From Octopus sinensis (taxonomy: Eukaryota), in the NCBI RefSeq assembly GCF_006345805.1, contig NC_043019.1:16367360-16431359 (forward strand): a stretch of 64,000 nt of DNA. The letters run 5' to 3'. A model generated the notes under the pieces. It made no database searches and was not told the DNA's origin. It was given only the letters and a program-made list of their open reading frames with translations. Positions 49,859-62,100 of the stretch are shown in pieces. The translations under genes and the position numbers were made by a program. How positions within the stretch are numbered: position 1 is the first letter of the stretch; each line of letters begins with the position of its first letter.

Positions 49859-50679
49859 GTTGTTGTTGTTGATGATGAAAAAGTGTCCCCAGCCATAGAA
49901 ACCAGGGCCAGAAAGGAGATGAGTAAGACGTGGTTCCTCTCCTGATCCAATCCACATCAGCAAGGAAAGCAGGCATAAAACAACAGTTGTCAGGATGGTG
50001 GTGGTGGTGGTGGCTTGGTAGAATTGGTAGAGCATCAGACAAAGTGTGTTGTGGCATTAGTTCCATTCTGAGTTCAAATCCTACCAAGGTCAGCTTTACC
50101 TTGCCTCCATTCAGGGACAGTAAAATAATGTACCTGTGTGTGTGTGTGGGGGAGGGGCAATGGTGTCAACTGTTCCCCTCCCCTCAAGCCTTGCAAACTG
50201 GCAGAATCATTTGAGTTGAGGGAAAAAATTGCTTTGCGATATTTGTTCTTGTGCTTTATGTTTTGAGTTCAAATACTGCCAAAGTCAGCTTTGCTTTCCA
50301 AACCTCTGGAGTCAATAAAATAAGTACCAGTCAAGTACTGGGGTGGATGTAGTCAACTTGCACCCCACAAACAATTTCACGTCTTGTGCCAAAATTAGAA
50401 AGAGTTGGTGTTGTTGTTATCATCAAGGGGTTGGTGAGATGGCAGAATGGCTAGCACACAAGGCAGAATGCTTAGTGGCCTTTCATCTGTCTTTACATTC
50501 TGATTTTAAATTCTGCTGAGGTCAGCTTTGCTTTTCAGTCCTTTCAGGGTCAATAAATTAAATATGGGTCAAACACTGGGGTTGATGTAATCGACTCATC
50601 CCCCCCCAAAATTACTGCCCTTGTGGCAAAATTTGAAACCATTATTATTATCATCATCATCATCATTATTATTATTATT

Positions 50680-51233
50680 GAGTGAGAGAGCAGTGCATGC
50701 CATCAAAGTGACACTGGGGTAAAATATACGATGCCCCATAATGCCCATCATGACTACCCGTCTGATAAGGGTACACCAGGCACATGCATCACAACCATAT
50801 GTGCGCGACATGGTGATCTCATATCAAGATAAACAGCACATGACCTTGCAGGTGGGGCCCAGTTAGAATTTTCTTCAGGTTGAGTAGCCCATCCCGCTCA
50901 AAAGGTCCCTGAATAAGGGTTGTTTAAGGATGTTGAAAGAACCACCCATGTTTCCAGAGGTGAATTATTCAAACCCCAAAGAATCCCTCTCAACACATGG
51001 CTATGATGCTTCCCCACTACTGCTCGTGATCAGAGATGCACATATCGTCAGCCACTAAGGGACATGCTCAACTGGTTAAGGTCAAACAACTGACAAGCAA
51101 ATCTGTGGTATTGAGCAGAATATTTGCTGTAGCCCATCTTTTATACCAAGACAAAACAATGTACATGATAATACTTCCAATCAGTTAAGATCAGAAGCCA
51201 TGAGAGCCACTGCCTGGTACTGCATCAGGGCAT
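50680..51233. mobile_element. ~550-bp unclassified element embedded between (ATT)n tracts
   Basis: Non-coding block bounded by ATT/ATC triplet tracts at 50641-50679 and 51234-51259. Class not determined. Confidence 0.45.
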
Positions 51234-51259
51234 TTATTATTATTATTATCATTATTATT

Positions 51260-54200
51260 CAGTAGTTTTATTTTTATAGCGTGCTTTCACTTCACCACCT
51301 AGCGCAGATCTGTGTCCTTGGGTATGTGCTGTGATGTGTTGTGATGCGCTGATGGTTATTGTATGGAAAGTGTTCTGCGTAGGATGTGTGCAGTGCCTAG
51401 TAGTGCAATTTTCTGTATGTTATATGTGTTTGTAAGTCCTGGTGTTTTGTTATGTATTTGTCTGAATATTTTTTATCATGCCTAATGCACCTACTATGAT
51501 AGGAATTGTTTCTGTTTTCAGATTCCACATTCTAGTTACCTCTATTTCCAGGTCTTTGTATTTTGAGAGTTTCTCCATTTCTTTTAGAGACACGTTGTCA
51601 TCTGCCGGTATTGATACATCAATTAGAAAGCATTTTTTCCTTCATGATCTCTGACAACTATATCTGGTCTGTTGGCCTTAATGTCTCTATCTGTGTGTAT
51701 CGGCATATCCCAGAGTATGGTTGCTTTCTCGTTTTCTGTGACCTTTTCTGGTGTGTGCCTATACCATTTTTTTCTGTTGTTATTTCATAATGTTGGCATA
51801 GCTTCCAATGTATGTAGGTTCCAACTCTGTCATGTCTGTGAATATATTCCTTCTTAGCCAGGACTGGGCAGCTAGAGATAATATGATTTATTGTTTCTTG
51901 TCCATCTCCACATATTCTGCAGTTACTTGTAATATTTCTTTTCATTACATGTTTTAGGTAATTTCTGGTGGGGATGCTTTGGTCTTGTGCTGCAATTAAA
52001 AATCCCTCTGTTTCTGCTTTGAGTCCTGAGCTTCTCAACCATTGCTGGGATTTTTCTTTGTCTATTTCTTTTGCGTTTAGTTTAGTGCAGTATTTACCAT
52101 GAAGGGGCTTTTCTTGCCATCGTTTTATCATGGTTCATTGATTGATTGATTGATTGATTGATTCTAGTTTCAGCTTATGAGCTGTGGCCATGCTGGGGCA
52201 CTGCCATTTGGTGTTGCTACTTGGTTTCACTTCATGAAAACTTTCTAGCAACTGCCATTTGGTGCATGAGAGAGTTTGATGCAGCTGCCCTCATCTGCCC
52301 CTCCTGCCGTGAAGTTGGTTCATCTGGGACACCTGACAGGAAGAGATCCAGTTTCATTTTAAAGACATCTGCATCCACCCCATGCAGGTCTCTCAGGTTC
52401 TTCGGGAGGATATTGAAGAGCTGTGGGCCTCGGAAGCCCAGGCTATCACAGAATCTTGTCCTACATCTTGATGGCAAGTTTGGAGTCCTAGGCACCACAC
52501 AGTGGCGCCCAGTTCTGGCATTTGCGTAACTCTCGATGCCAAAGTTCAGGACACGTCCCTCCAGGATCTTCCAGATGTATATTATGGCATATCTTTCCCG
52601 CCTACGCTCCAGGGAATATAGTTTTAATCTCTTGAGTCTTTCCCAGTAGCTTACATTCTGCATAGAGGCTATCTTCTTCATGTAGCTACGTTGGATCGCC
52701 TCGATCTCTGTGATCAACTTGACACTGGATGGTGACCATAACTGAGAGCAGTGGTCAAAGTGGCTCCATGTACAGGTTGTTGATGAGGTTCAGGAGGGAC
52801 CTCGCCTGTCCTCGTTCACATCTTGTCATTCCTGGGAGAGAAAGGCCCTCGGGCCATCTGACATTGGGCAGATTGAAGTCTCCCATAAGAAGTACACTTA
52901 TGTGTTGTTCTCATGTGGTTAGAACTTCTTCTATTTTTATAAGGCAGTCTTCAAACTTGCCCACATGGCTTGGGGCATCTGGAGGGCGATATGTAGCACA
53001 CACAACTACATCAAGTTGCCTAATATGTACAATTAGTGTGTCACACACCGAGTTTGAGTATGACAAGAGGACCTGGGGTGTGAGGTCCTCACGGATGTAC
53101 ATAGCAACACCTCCATGACTCCTTTCTTTCCTGTCGGTCCGTAGTACAGCATACTGTGGTATGTGTAACTCCGCATCTGTTATGTCCGGTTTCAGGTGCG
53201 TTTCCGTAAGTGCTATGCATAAGGCTTGATTGCATGCAACAAAGTCTCTCAGGAACGGGATCTTTGTCCTGTTACTGAGTGTTTGCAGTCCTCTGATGTT
53301 CAGTAGGAGCATCGAGGTGAGGTGTACGTTGTTGCCGGCGGTGTCCATCCTGGGTCTGTTTGCTGTGGTGGTCTGGTATATAGTGGGTAGTCCCACCTGC
53401 GGGCTTGGGTTTGATGAAGCCAGGTCAGCTGCTGTACAATCTTTTGTTGCTGTTCTATTTTTAGTTTGGATTTCATTTGTTTTATAGCTTTTGTTGTTTC
53501 TTCATCATCTTCTTCTTCTTCTTTGTGTTTATTAGGTGGTATGATTTCTTGTTTGTATTTGTCAGCTTCCTTAAATACTGAGAACAGTTTTTTGTTTTGC
53601 TCGTGTTTTGCTGCTATCTGGATCAGTTTTCCTTCCTTCTGAAGTAGATATTTTGCAGTCCTATGGTGGTTATTTTATAGTAGTTTTCCAGCTGTATAAG
53701 GCCTCTACCACCTTCTATACGTTGTATATATAGTCTTTCTATGTCAGATTTTGGGTGATGCAACCTAGATCCTGTCAGTATTTTTCTTGTTTTCCTATCT
53801 ATTTTGGACAGTTCATTTCGTGTCCAGTTAAGGATATTGTAGCTGTAACTTATAACTGGGACAGCTAAAGTGTTGTTACCTATTATCTTGTTTTTAGCAT
53901 TGAGCTCTGTTTTTAGTATTGATCTAACTCGTCTATAATATCTTTTTTATTTTCTCTTTCATTCGTGTGTGTTGTGTCTTATCTAGTTCATGGATTCCTA
54001 AGTATTTGTAAGTTTGGCTTTGGTCTAATTCTTTTATTTCATTGGTTTTATCTAGTGTGATGTTGTTACTCTTAACTAGTTTTCCTCTTTTCATGGTTAC
54101 TTTGGCGCATTTTTCTAATCCAAATTTCATATCTATTTCTTTGGTAAATCCATGAACTGTCTTTAATAGTGTTTCCAGCTGTTTGTCATTTGCAGCGTAT

Positions 54201-54903
54201 AGTTTTAGGTCATCCATATATAAAAGGTGGCTGATCGTTTTGCCGTAACATTTATATCCGCATCCAGTTCTATTTAGCATATCAGATAAAGGTAACAGTG
54301 CCAAGCAGAAAAGGAGTGGAGAGAGCGTGTCTCCCTGGAATATTCCTCTTCTAGTGGGGATGTCTTTGGTTTTCATGAGTCCCTCTTTTGTTTGGAGGTG
54401 TAGGACTGTTTGCCATTTATTCATAGAGTGCTCTATGAATTTTATGATTGTTGGTGCTACTTTGTTAATGGCTAGTGTTTCGAGGATCCATGTGTGGGGG
54501 ATGCTATCAAACGCCTTTTTGTAGTCAATCCAGGCCATACTGAGGCCTTTCTTCTTTCTGTGGCTGTCTTCAGTTACGGCTTTATTAATCATTAGTTGAT
54601 CTTTACAGCCATATGAGCCCTTGCGGCATCCTTTCTGCTCTTCTGGGAACAGTTTGTTTTCGTCCAGGTGCTTGTTCAGCCTTTGCGATATCACTGCAGT
54701 AAATGCCTTGAACATAGTAGGGAGGCAGGTTATTGGTCTGTAGTTTTCTGGTTTTGCTGTTTCATTTGATTTGGGAATTAAGATGGTTTTCCCCTTCGTG
54801 AGCCATTCAGGCATTGTCTCTGGCTCTGCTAGTACTTTGTTAAAGTTTTCAGCCAGCTTTTTGTGCATTCCTGTTAGATATTTCAACCAGAAGTTGGGGA
54901 TCT
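51260..54903 (-). mobile_element. 5'-truncated R4/Dong-clade LINE (RT, CCHC knuckle, restriction-like endonuclease), frameshifted and interrupted by a CR1-like insert
   Basis: RT: NYRPITCL, EQKG, WIDYKKAFDS, GIFQGDTLSPLLF, HLLYMDDLKL (53933-54903). C-terminal: CRICGDGQETINHIISSC..RHDRV (51658-52131), then NRPDI/IDVSIP/KYKDL/IVGALG. (TAA)n tracts at both ends. Confidence 0.92.
52137..53439 (-). mobile_element. CR1/L2-like LINE derivative: APE endonuclease joined directly to the C-terminal tail (RT missing), nested in the Dong element
   Basis: APE motifs LLLNIRGL, IALTETHL, GGVAMY, ATYRPP, LMGDFNLP (52770-53396). Tail HCSQLWSP..IEAIQR..YWERLKRLKLYSLERRRERY (52232-52765). 3' (CAAT)n tail. Confidence 0.85.
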
Positions 54904-55073
54904 TATTATTATTATTATTATCATTATCATCATTATTATTATTATTATTATTATTATCATTATCATCATTATTATTATTATTATTATTATTATCATTATA
55001 ATCATTATTATCATTATTATTATTATTATCATTATCATCATTATTATTATTATTATTATTATTATCATTATCA

Positions 55074-55104
<31 letters not shown>

Positions 55105-55412
55105 CATTATCATCATTATTATCATTATTATTATTATCATCATTATTATTATTATCATTATTATCATTATTATTATCATTATTATTATCATTATCATCAT
55201 TATTATTATTATTATTATTATTATCATTATCATCATTATTATTATTATTATTATTATTATCATCATTATTATCATTATTATTATTATTATCATTATTATT
55301 ATTATTATTATTATCATTATTATTATTATTATTATTATTATCATCATCATCATTATTATTATTATTATCATTATCATCATTATCATTATTATTATTATTA
55401 TCATCATCATCA

Positions 55413-55446
<34 letters not shown>

Positions 55447-55469
55447 CATTATTATTATTATTATTATCA

Positions 55470-55500
<31 letters not shown>

Positions 55501-55612
55501 TATTGTTATTATCATTATCATTATCATTATTATTGTTATTATCATTATCATTATTATTATTATCATTATTATTATCATTATCATTATTATTATTATTATC
55601 ATTATCATTATT

Positions 55613-55653
<41 letters not shown>

Positions 55654-55657
55654 TATA
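54903..55657. repeat. ~750-bp mixed (ATT)/(ATC) trinucleotide tract
   Basis: Continuous ATT/ATC triplets. It accounts for the poly-Asn/Asp and poly-Ile/Met ORFs. Confidence 0.95.
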
Positions 55658-56191
55658 GTAGTAGTGAGCTAGTGGAATCATTAGAGCATCAGAAGAACTG
55701 TTTTGCAGTATTTCTGCTGACTAGATGTTTTCTGAGTTCCAATTCTACCAAGGTCTGCTTTCATCCCTTCAGGGTCAATATAGTACAATACCAGTCAGAT
55801 ACTTGGGTCCATGTAATCAACTAAATTTCTGGCTTTTTGCCAAAATGTAAACCATTATTATTATTATCATTATATTATGGAGGCAGAGAGCTGGCAGAAT
55901 TGTTGGCATGCTGGGCAGAATGCTTAGCAGCAGATCCTCTGGCTTAACGTTCTGGGTTCAAATTCCGCTGAGGTCAGCTTTGTCGTTCATCCTTTTGAGG
56001 GTCACTAAAATAAGTACCAGCTGAGTGCTGGGCTTGATGTAACCCCTCCCCACGAACTTACTGGACTTGGACCAAATTTGAAACCATTATTATTATTATT
56101 ATTAGCAGTTGAACTCATAGTAGACAAAATTATAAATAATAACGTAAAATGTTGGGATATAAAAAAAAACCTTGGATGGAAGATAGTCTGT

Positions 56192-59100
56192 CATTATCAC
56201 CACCACCACCACTTTCTACCCCACCATCATCACCACCACCACCAATTTTACCCCTCCATCATCACCATCACCACCACCACTCTCTACCCCTCCATCATCA
56301 CCACCACCACCACTCTCTACCCCTCCATCATCACCACCACCACCACTCTCTACCCCTCCATCATCACCACCACCACTTTCTACCCCTACATCATCACCAC
56401 CACCACCACTCTCTACCCCTCCATCATCACCACCACCACCACTTTCTACCCCTCCATCATCACCATCACCACCACCACTCTCTACCCCTCCATCATCACC
56501 ACCACCACCACTCTCTACCCCTCCATCATCACCACCACCACCACTTTCTACCCCTCCATCACACCACCACCACCACCACTCTACCCCTGCATCATCACCA
56601 CCACCACCACTCTCTACCCCTCCATCATCACAACACCACCACTTTTTACCCCTCCATCATCACCACCACCACCACTCTCTACCCCTCCATCATCACCACC
56701 ACCACCACATTCTACCCCTCCATCATCACCACCACCACCACTCTCTACCCCTCCATCATCACCACCACCACCACTTTTTACCCCTCCATCATCACCACCA
56801 CCACCACTCTCTACCCCTCCATCATCACCACCACCACCACTCTCTCCCCTCCATCATCACCACCACCACCACATTTTACCCCTCCATCATCACCACCACC
56901 ACCACTTTTTACCCCTCCATCATCACCACCACCACACTTTTACCCCTCCATCATCACCCCACCACCACTCTTACCCCTCCATCATCACCACCACCACCAC
57001 ATTCTACCCCTCCATCATCACCACCACCACCACTCTCTACCCCTCCATCATCACCACCACCACCACCACTCTCTACCCCTGCATCATCACCACCACCACC
57101 ACTCTCTACCCCTCCATCATCACCACCACCACCACCACTCTCTACCCCTCCATCATCACCACCACCACCACTCTCTACCCCTCCATCATCACCACCACCA
57201 CCACTCTCTACCCCTGCATCATCACCACCACCACCACTTTTTACCCCTCCATCATCACCACCACCACCACATTCTACCCCTCCATCATCACCAACACCAC
57301 CACTTTTTACCCCTCCATCATCACCACCACCACCACTCTCTACCCCTCCATCATCACCACCACCACCACATTCTACCCCTCCATCATCACCAACCACCAC
57401 CACTTTTTACCCCTCCATCATCACCACCACCACCACTTTTTACCCCTCCATCATCACCACCACCACCACTTTTTACCCCTCCATCATCACCACCACCACC
57501 ACTCTCTACCCCTCCATCATCACCACCACCACCACATTCTACCCCTCCATCATCACCACCACCACCACTCTCTACCCCTCCATCATCACCACCACCACCA
57601 CATTCTACCCCTCCATCATCACCACCACCACCACTTTCTACCCCTCCATCACCATCACCACCACCACTTTTTACCCCTCCATCATCACCACCACCACCAC
57701 TCTCTACCCCTCCATCATCACCACCACCACCACTCTCTACCCCTCCATCATCACCACCACCACCACTTTCTACCCCTCCATCATCACCACCACCACCACT
57801 CTACCCCTCCATCATCACCACCACCACCACTCTCTACCCCTCCATCACCACCACCACCACACACTCTCTACCCCTCCATCATCACCACCACCACCACTTC
57901 TACCCCACCATCATCACCACCACCACCACTCTACCCACCATCATCACCACCACCACCACTCTCTACCCCTCCATCACACCACCACCACCACCACTCTCTA
58001 CCCCCCATCACCACCACCACCACCACCACTCTCTACCCCTCCATCATCACCACCACCACCACTTTCTACCCCTCCATCATCACCACCACCACCACTCTCT
58101 ACCCCCTCCATCCACCACCACCACCACTTTCTACCCCACCATCATCACCACCACCACCACTTTCTACCCCTCCATCACCACCACCACCACCACTTTCTAC
58201 CCCTCCATCATCATGGTGGTGGTTGTGATGGAGGGGTAGAAAGTGGTGGTGGTGGGATGATGGTGGGTAGAAAGTGGTGGTGGTGATGATGGAGATGGAG
58301 GGGTAGAAAGTGGTGGTGGTGGCATCATCACCACCACCACCACTCTCTACCCCTCCATCACCACCACCACCACCACCACTCTCTACCCCTCCATCATCAC
58401 CACCACCACCACTTTCTACCCCTCCATCATCACCACCACCACCACTCTCTACCCCTCCATCATCACCACCACCACCACTCTCTACCCCTCATCACCACCA
58501 CCACCACCACCACTTTCTACCCCTCCATCATCACCACCACCACCACTCTCTACCCCTCCATCATCACCACCACCACCACTCTCTACCCCGCCATCACCAC
58601 CACCACCACCGCTTCCTACCCCTCCATCATCACCACCACCACCACTCTCTACCCCTCCATCATCACCACCACCACCACTCTCTACCCCTCCATCATCACC
58701 ACCACCACCACTCTCTACCCTCCATCATTCACCCACCACCACCACTTCTACACCCTCCATCATCACCACCACTCTCTACCCCTCCATCATCACCACCACC
58801 ACCACTCTCTACCCCTCCATCATCACCACCACCACCACTCTCTACCCCTCCATCATCACCACCACCACCACTCTCTACCCCTCCATCATCACCACCACCA
58901 CCACCACTTTCTACCCCTCCATCATCACCACCACCACCACCACTCTCTACCCCTCCATCATCACCACCACTCTCTACCCCTCCATCATCACCACCACCAC
59001 CACCACTCTCTACCCCTCCATCATCACCACCACTTTCTACCCCTCCATCATCACCACCACCACCACCACTCTCTACCCCTCCATCATCACCACCACCACC

Positions 59101-62100
59101 ACCACTCTCTACCCCTCCATCATCACCACCACTCTCTACCCCTCCATCATCACCACCACCACCACTCTCTACCCCTCCATCATCACCACCACCACCACTC
59201 TCTACCCCTCCATCATCACCACCACCACCACTCTCTACCCCTCCATCATCACCACCACCACCACCACTCTCTACCCCTCCATCATCACACCACCACCACC
59301 ACTCTCTACCCCTCCATCATCACCACCACCACCACCACTCTCTACCCCTCCATCATCACCACCACCACCACCACTCTCTACCCCTGCATCATCACCACCA
59401 CCACCACTCTCTACCCCTCCATCATCACCACCACCACCACTTTCTACCCCTCCATCATCACCACCACCACCACTCTCTACCCCTCCATCATCACCACCAC
59501 CACCACATTCTACCCCTCCATCATCACCAACACCACCACTTTTACCCCTCCATCATCACACCACCACCACTTCTACCCCTCCATCACCATCACCACACCA
59601 CCACTTTCTACCCCTCCATCATCACCACCACCACCATCTACCCCTCCATCATCACCACCACCACCACATTCTACCCCTCCATCATCACCACCACACCACT
59701 CTCTACCCCTCCATCATCACCACACCACCACTTTTTACCCCTCCATCATCACCACCACCACCACTCTCTACCCCTCATCATCACCACCACCACCACCACT
59801 CTCTACCCCTCCATCATCACCACCACACCCCTTCTACCCCTCCATCATCACCACCACCACCACTCTACCCCTCCATCATCACCACCACCACCACTCTCTA
59901 CCCCTCCATCACCACCACCACCACCACCACTCTCTACCCCTCCATCATCACCACCACCACCACTTTCTACCCCTCCATCATCACCACCACCACCACTTTC
60001 TACCCCTCCATCATCACCACCACCACCACTCTCTACCCCTCCATCTTCACCACCACCACCACCACTTTCTACCCCACCATCATCACCACCACCACCACTT
60101 TCTACCCCTCCATCACCACCACCACCACCACTTTCTACCCCTCCATCATCACCACCACCACCACCACCACTCTCTACCCCTCCATCATCACCACCACCAC
60201 CACTTTCTACCCCTCCATCATCACCACCACCACCACTTTCTACCCCTCCATCACCACCACCACCACCACTTCTACCCCTCCATCATCACCACCACCACCA
60301 CTTTCTACCCCTCCATCCACCAACACCACCACTTTCTACCCCTCCTCATCACCACCACCACCACCACCACTCTCTACCCCTCCATCATCACCACCACCAC
60401 CACTCTCTACCCCTCCATCATCACCACCACCACCACTTTCTACCCCTCCATCATCACCATCACCACCACCACTTTCTACCCCTCCATCATCACCATCACC
60501 ACCACCACTCTCTACCCCTCCATCATCACCATCACCACCACCACTCTCTACCCCTCCATCATCACCACCACCACCACTCTCTACCCCTCCATCATCACCA
60601 TCACCACCACCACTCTCTACCCCTCCATCATCACCACCACCACCACTCTCTACCCCTCCATCATCACCACCACCACCACTTTTTACCCCTCCATCATCAC
60701 CACCACTCTCTACCCCTCCATCATCACCACCACCACCACTCTCTACCCCTCCATCATCACCACCACCACCACCACTCTCTACCCCTCCATCATCACCACC
60801 ACCACCACTCTCTACCCCTCCATCACCATCACCACCACCACTTTTTACGCCTCCATCATCACCACCATAACTTTCTACCCCTCCATCATCACCATCACCA
60901 CACCACACACCTTACCCCTCCATCATCACCACCACCACCACTCTCTACCCCTCCATCATCACCACCACCACCACTTTCTACCCCTCCATCATCACCATCA
61001 CCACCACCACTTCTACCCCTCCATCACACCACACCACCACTCTCTACCCCTCCATCATCACCACCACCACCATCTCTACCCCTCCATCACCACCACCACC
61101 ACCACTTCTACCCCTCCATCATCACCTTCACCACCACCACTCTCTACCCCTCCATCATCACCACCACCACCACTCTCTACCCCTCCATCATCCCACCACC
61201 AACCACCACTCTCTACCCCTCCATCATCACCACCACCACCACTTTTCCACCCCTCATCATCACCATCACCACCACCACTCTCTACCCCCCATCATCATCA
61301 CCACCACCACCACCACTTCTACCCCTCCATCATCACCAAACCCACCACTCTCTACCCCTCCATCATCACCACCACCACCATTCTACCCCCTCCATCATCA
61401 CCACCACCACCACTTTCTACCCCTCCATCATCACACCACCACCACTTTCTACCCCTCCATCACCACCACCACTTCTCTACCCCTCCATCATCACCACCAC
61501 CACCACTCTCTACCCTCCATCACCATCACCACCACCACTTTTTACCCCTCCATCACCAACCACCACTTTTTACCCCTCCTCCATCATCACCATCACCACC
61601 ACCACTCTCTACCCCTCCATCATCACCACACCACCACTCTCTACCCCTCCATCATCACACACCACCCACCACCTCTCTACCATCCATCACCACCACCACC
61701 ACTCTCTACCCCCTCCATCATCACCACCACCACTCTCTACCCCTCCATCATCACCACCACCACCACTTTTTACCCCTCCATCATCACCATCACCACCACC
61801 ACTCTCTACCCCTCCATCATCACCACCACCACCACTTTCTACCCTCCATCATCACCACCACCACCACTCTCTACCCCTCCATCATCACCACCACACCACC
61901 ACCACTCTCTACCCCTCCATCATCACCACCACTCTCTACCCCTCCATCATCACCACCACCACCACTCTCTACCCCTCCATCATCACCCACCACCACCACT
62001 CTTCCCCCCCATCCACCACCACCACCACCACTCTCTACCCCTCCATCATCACCACCACCACCCACTCTCTACCCCTCCATCATCACCACCACCACCACTT

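Noticed and set aside
54903-55681. Poly-Asn/Asp N-terminus of the 582-aa RT ORF and the overlapping 249-aa poly-Ile/Met ORF
   Set aside because: Both are translations of the ATT/ATC microsatellite. The true LINE sequence starts at ~54903 and is 5'-truncated.
56078-58239. 700-aa extensin-like/His-rich ORFs, and the Gly-rich minus-strand ORFs up to 63545
   Set aside because: These are stop-free readings of a 33-bp satellite in several frames, with no splice or domain context.
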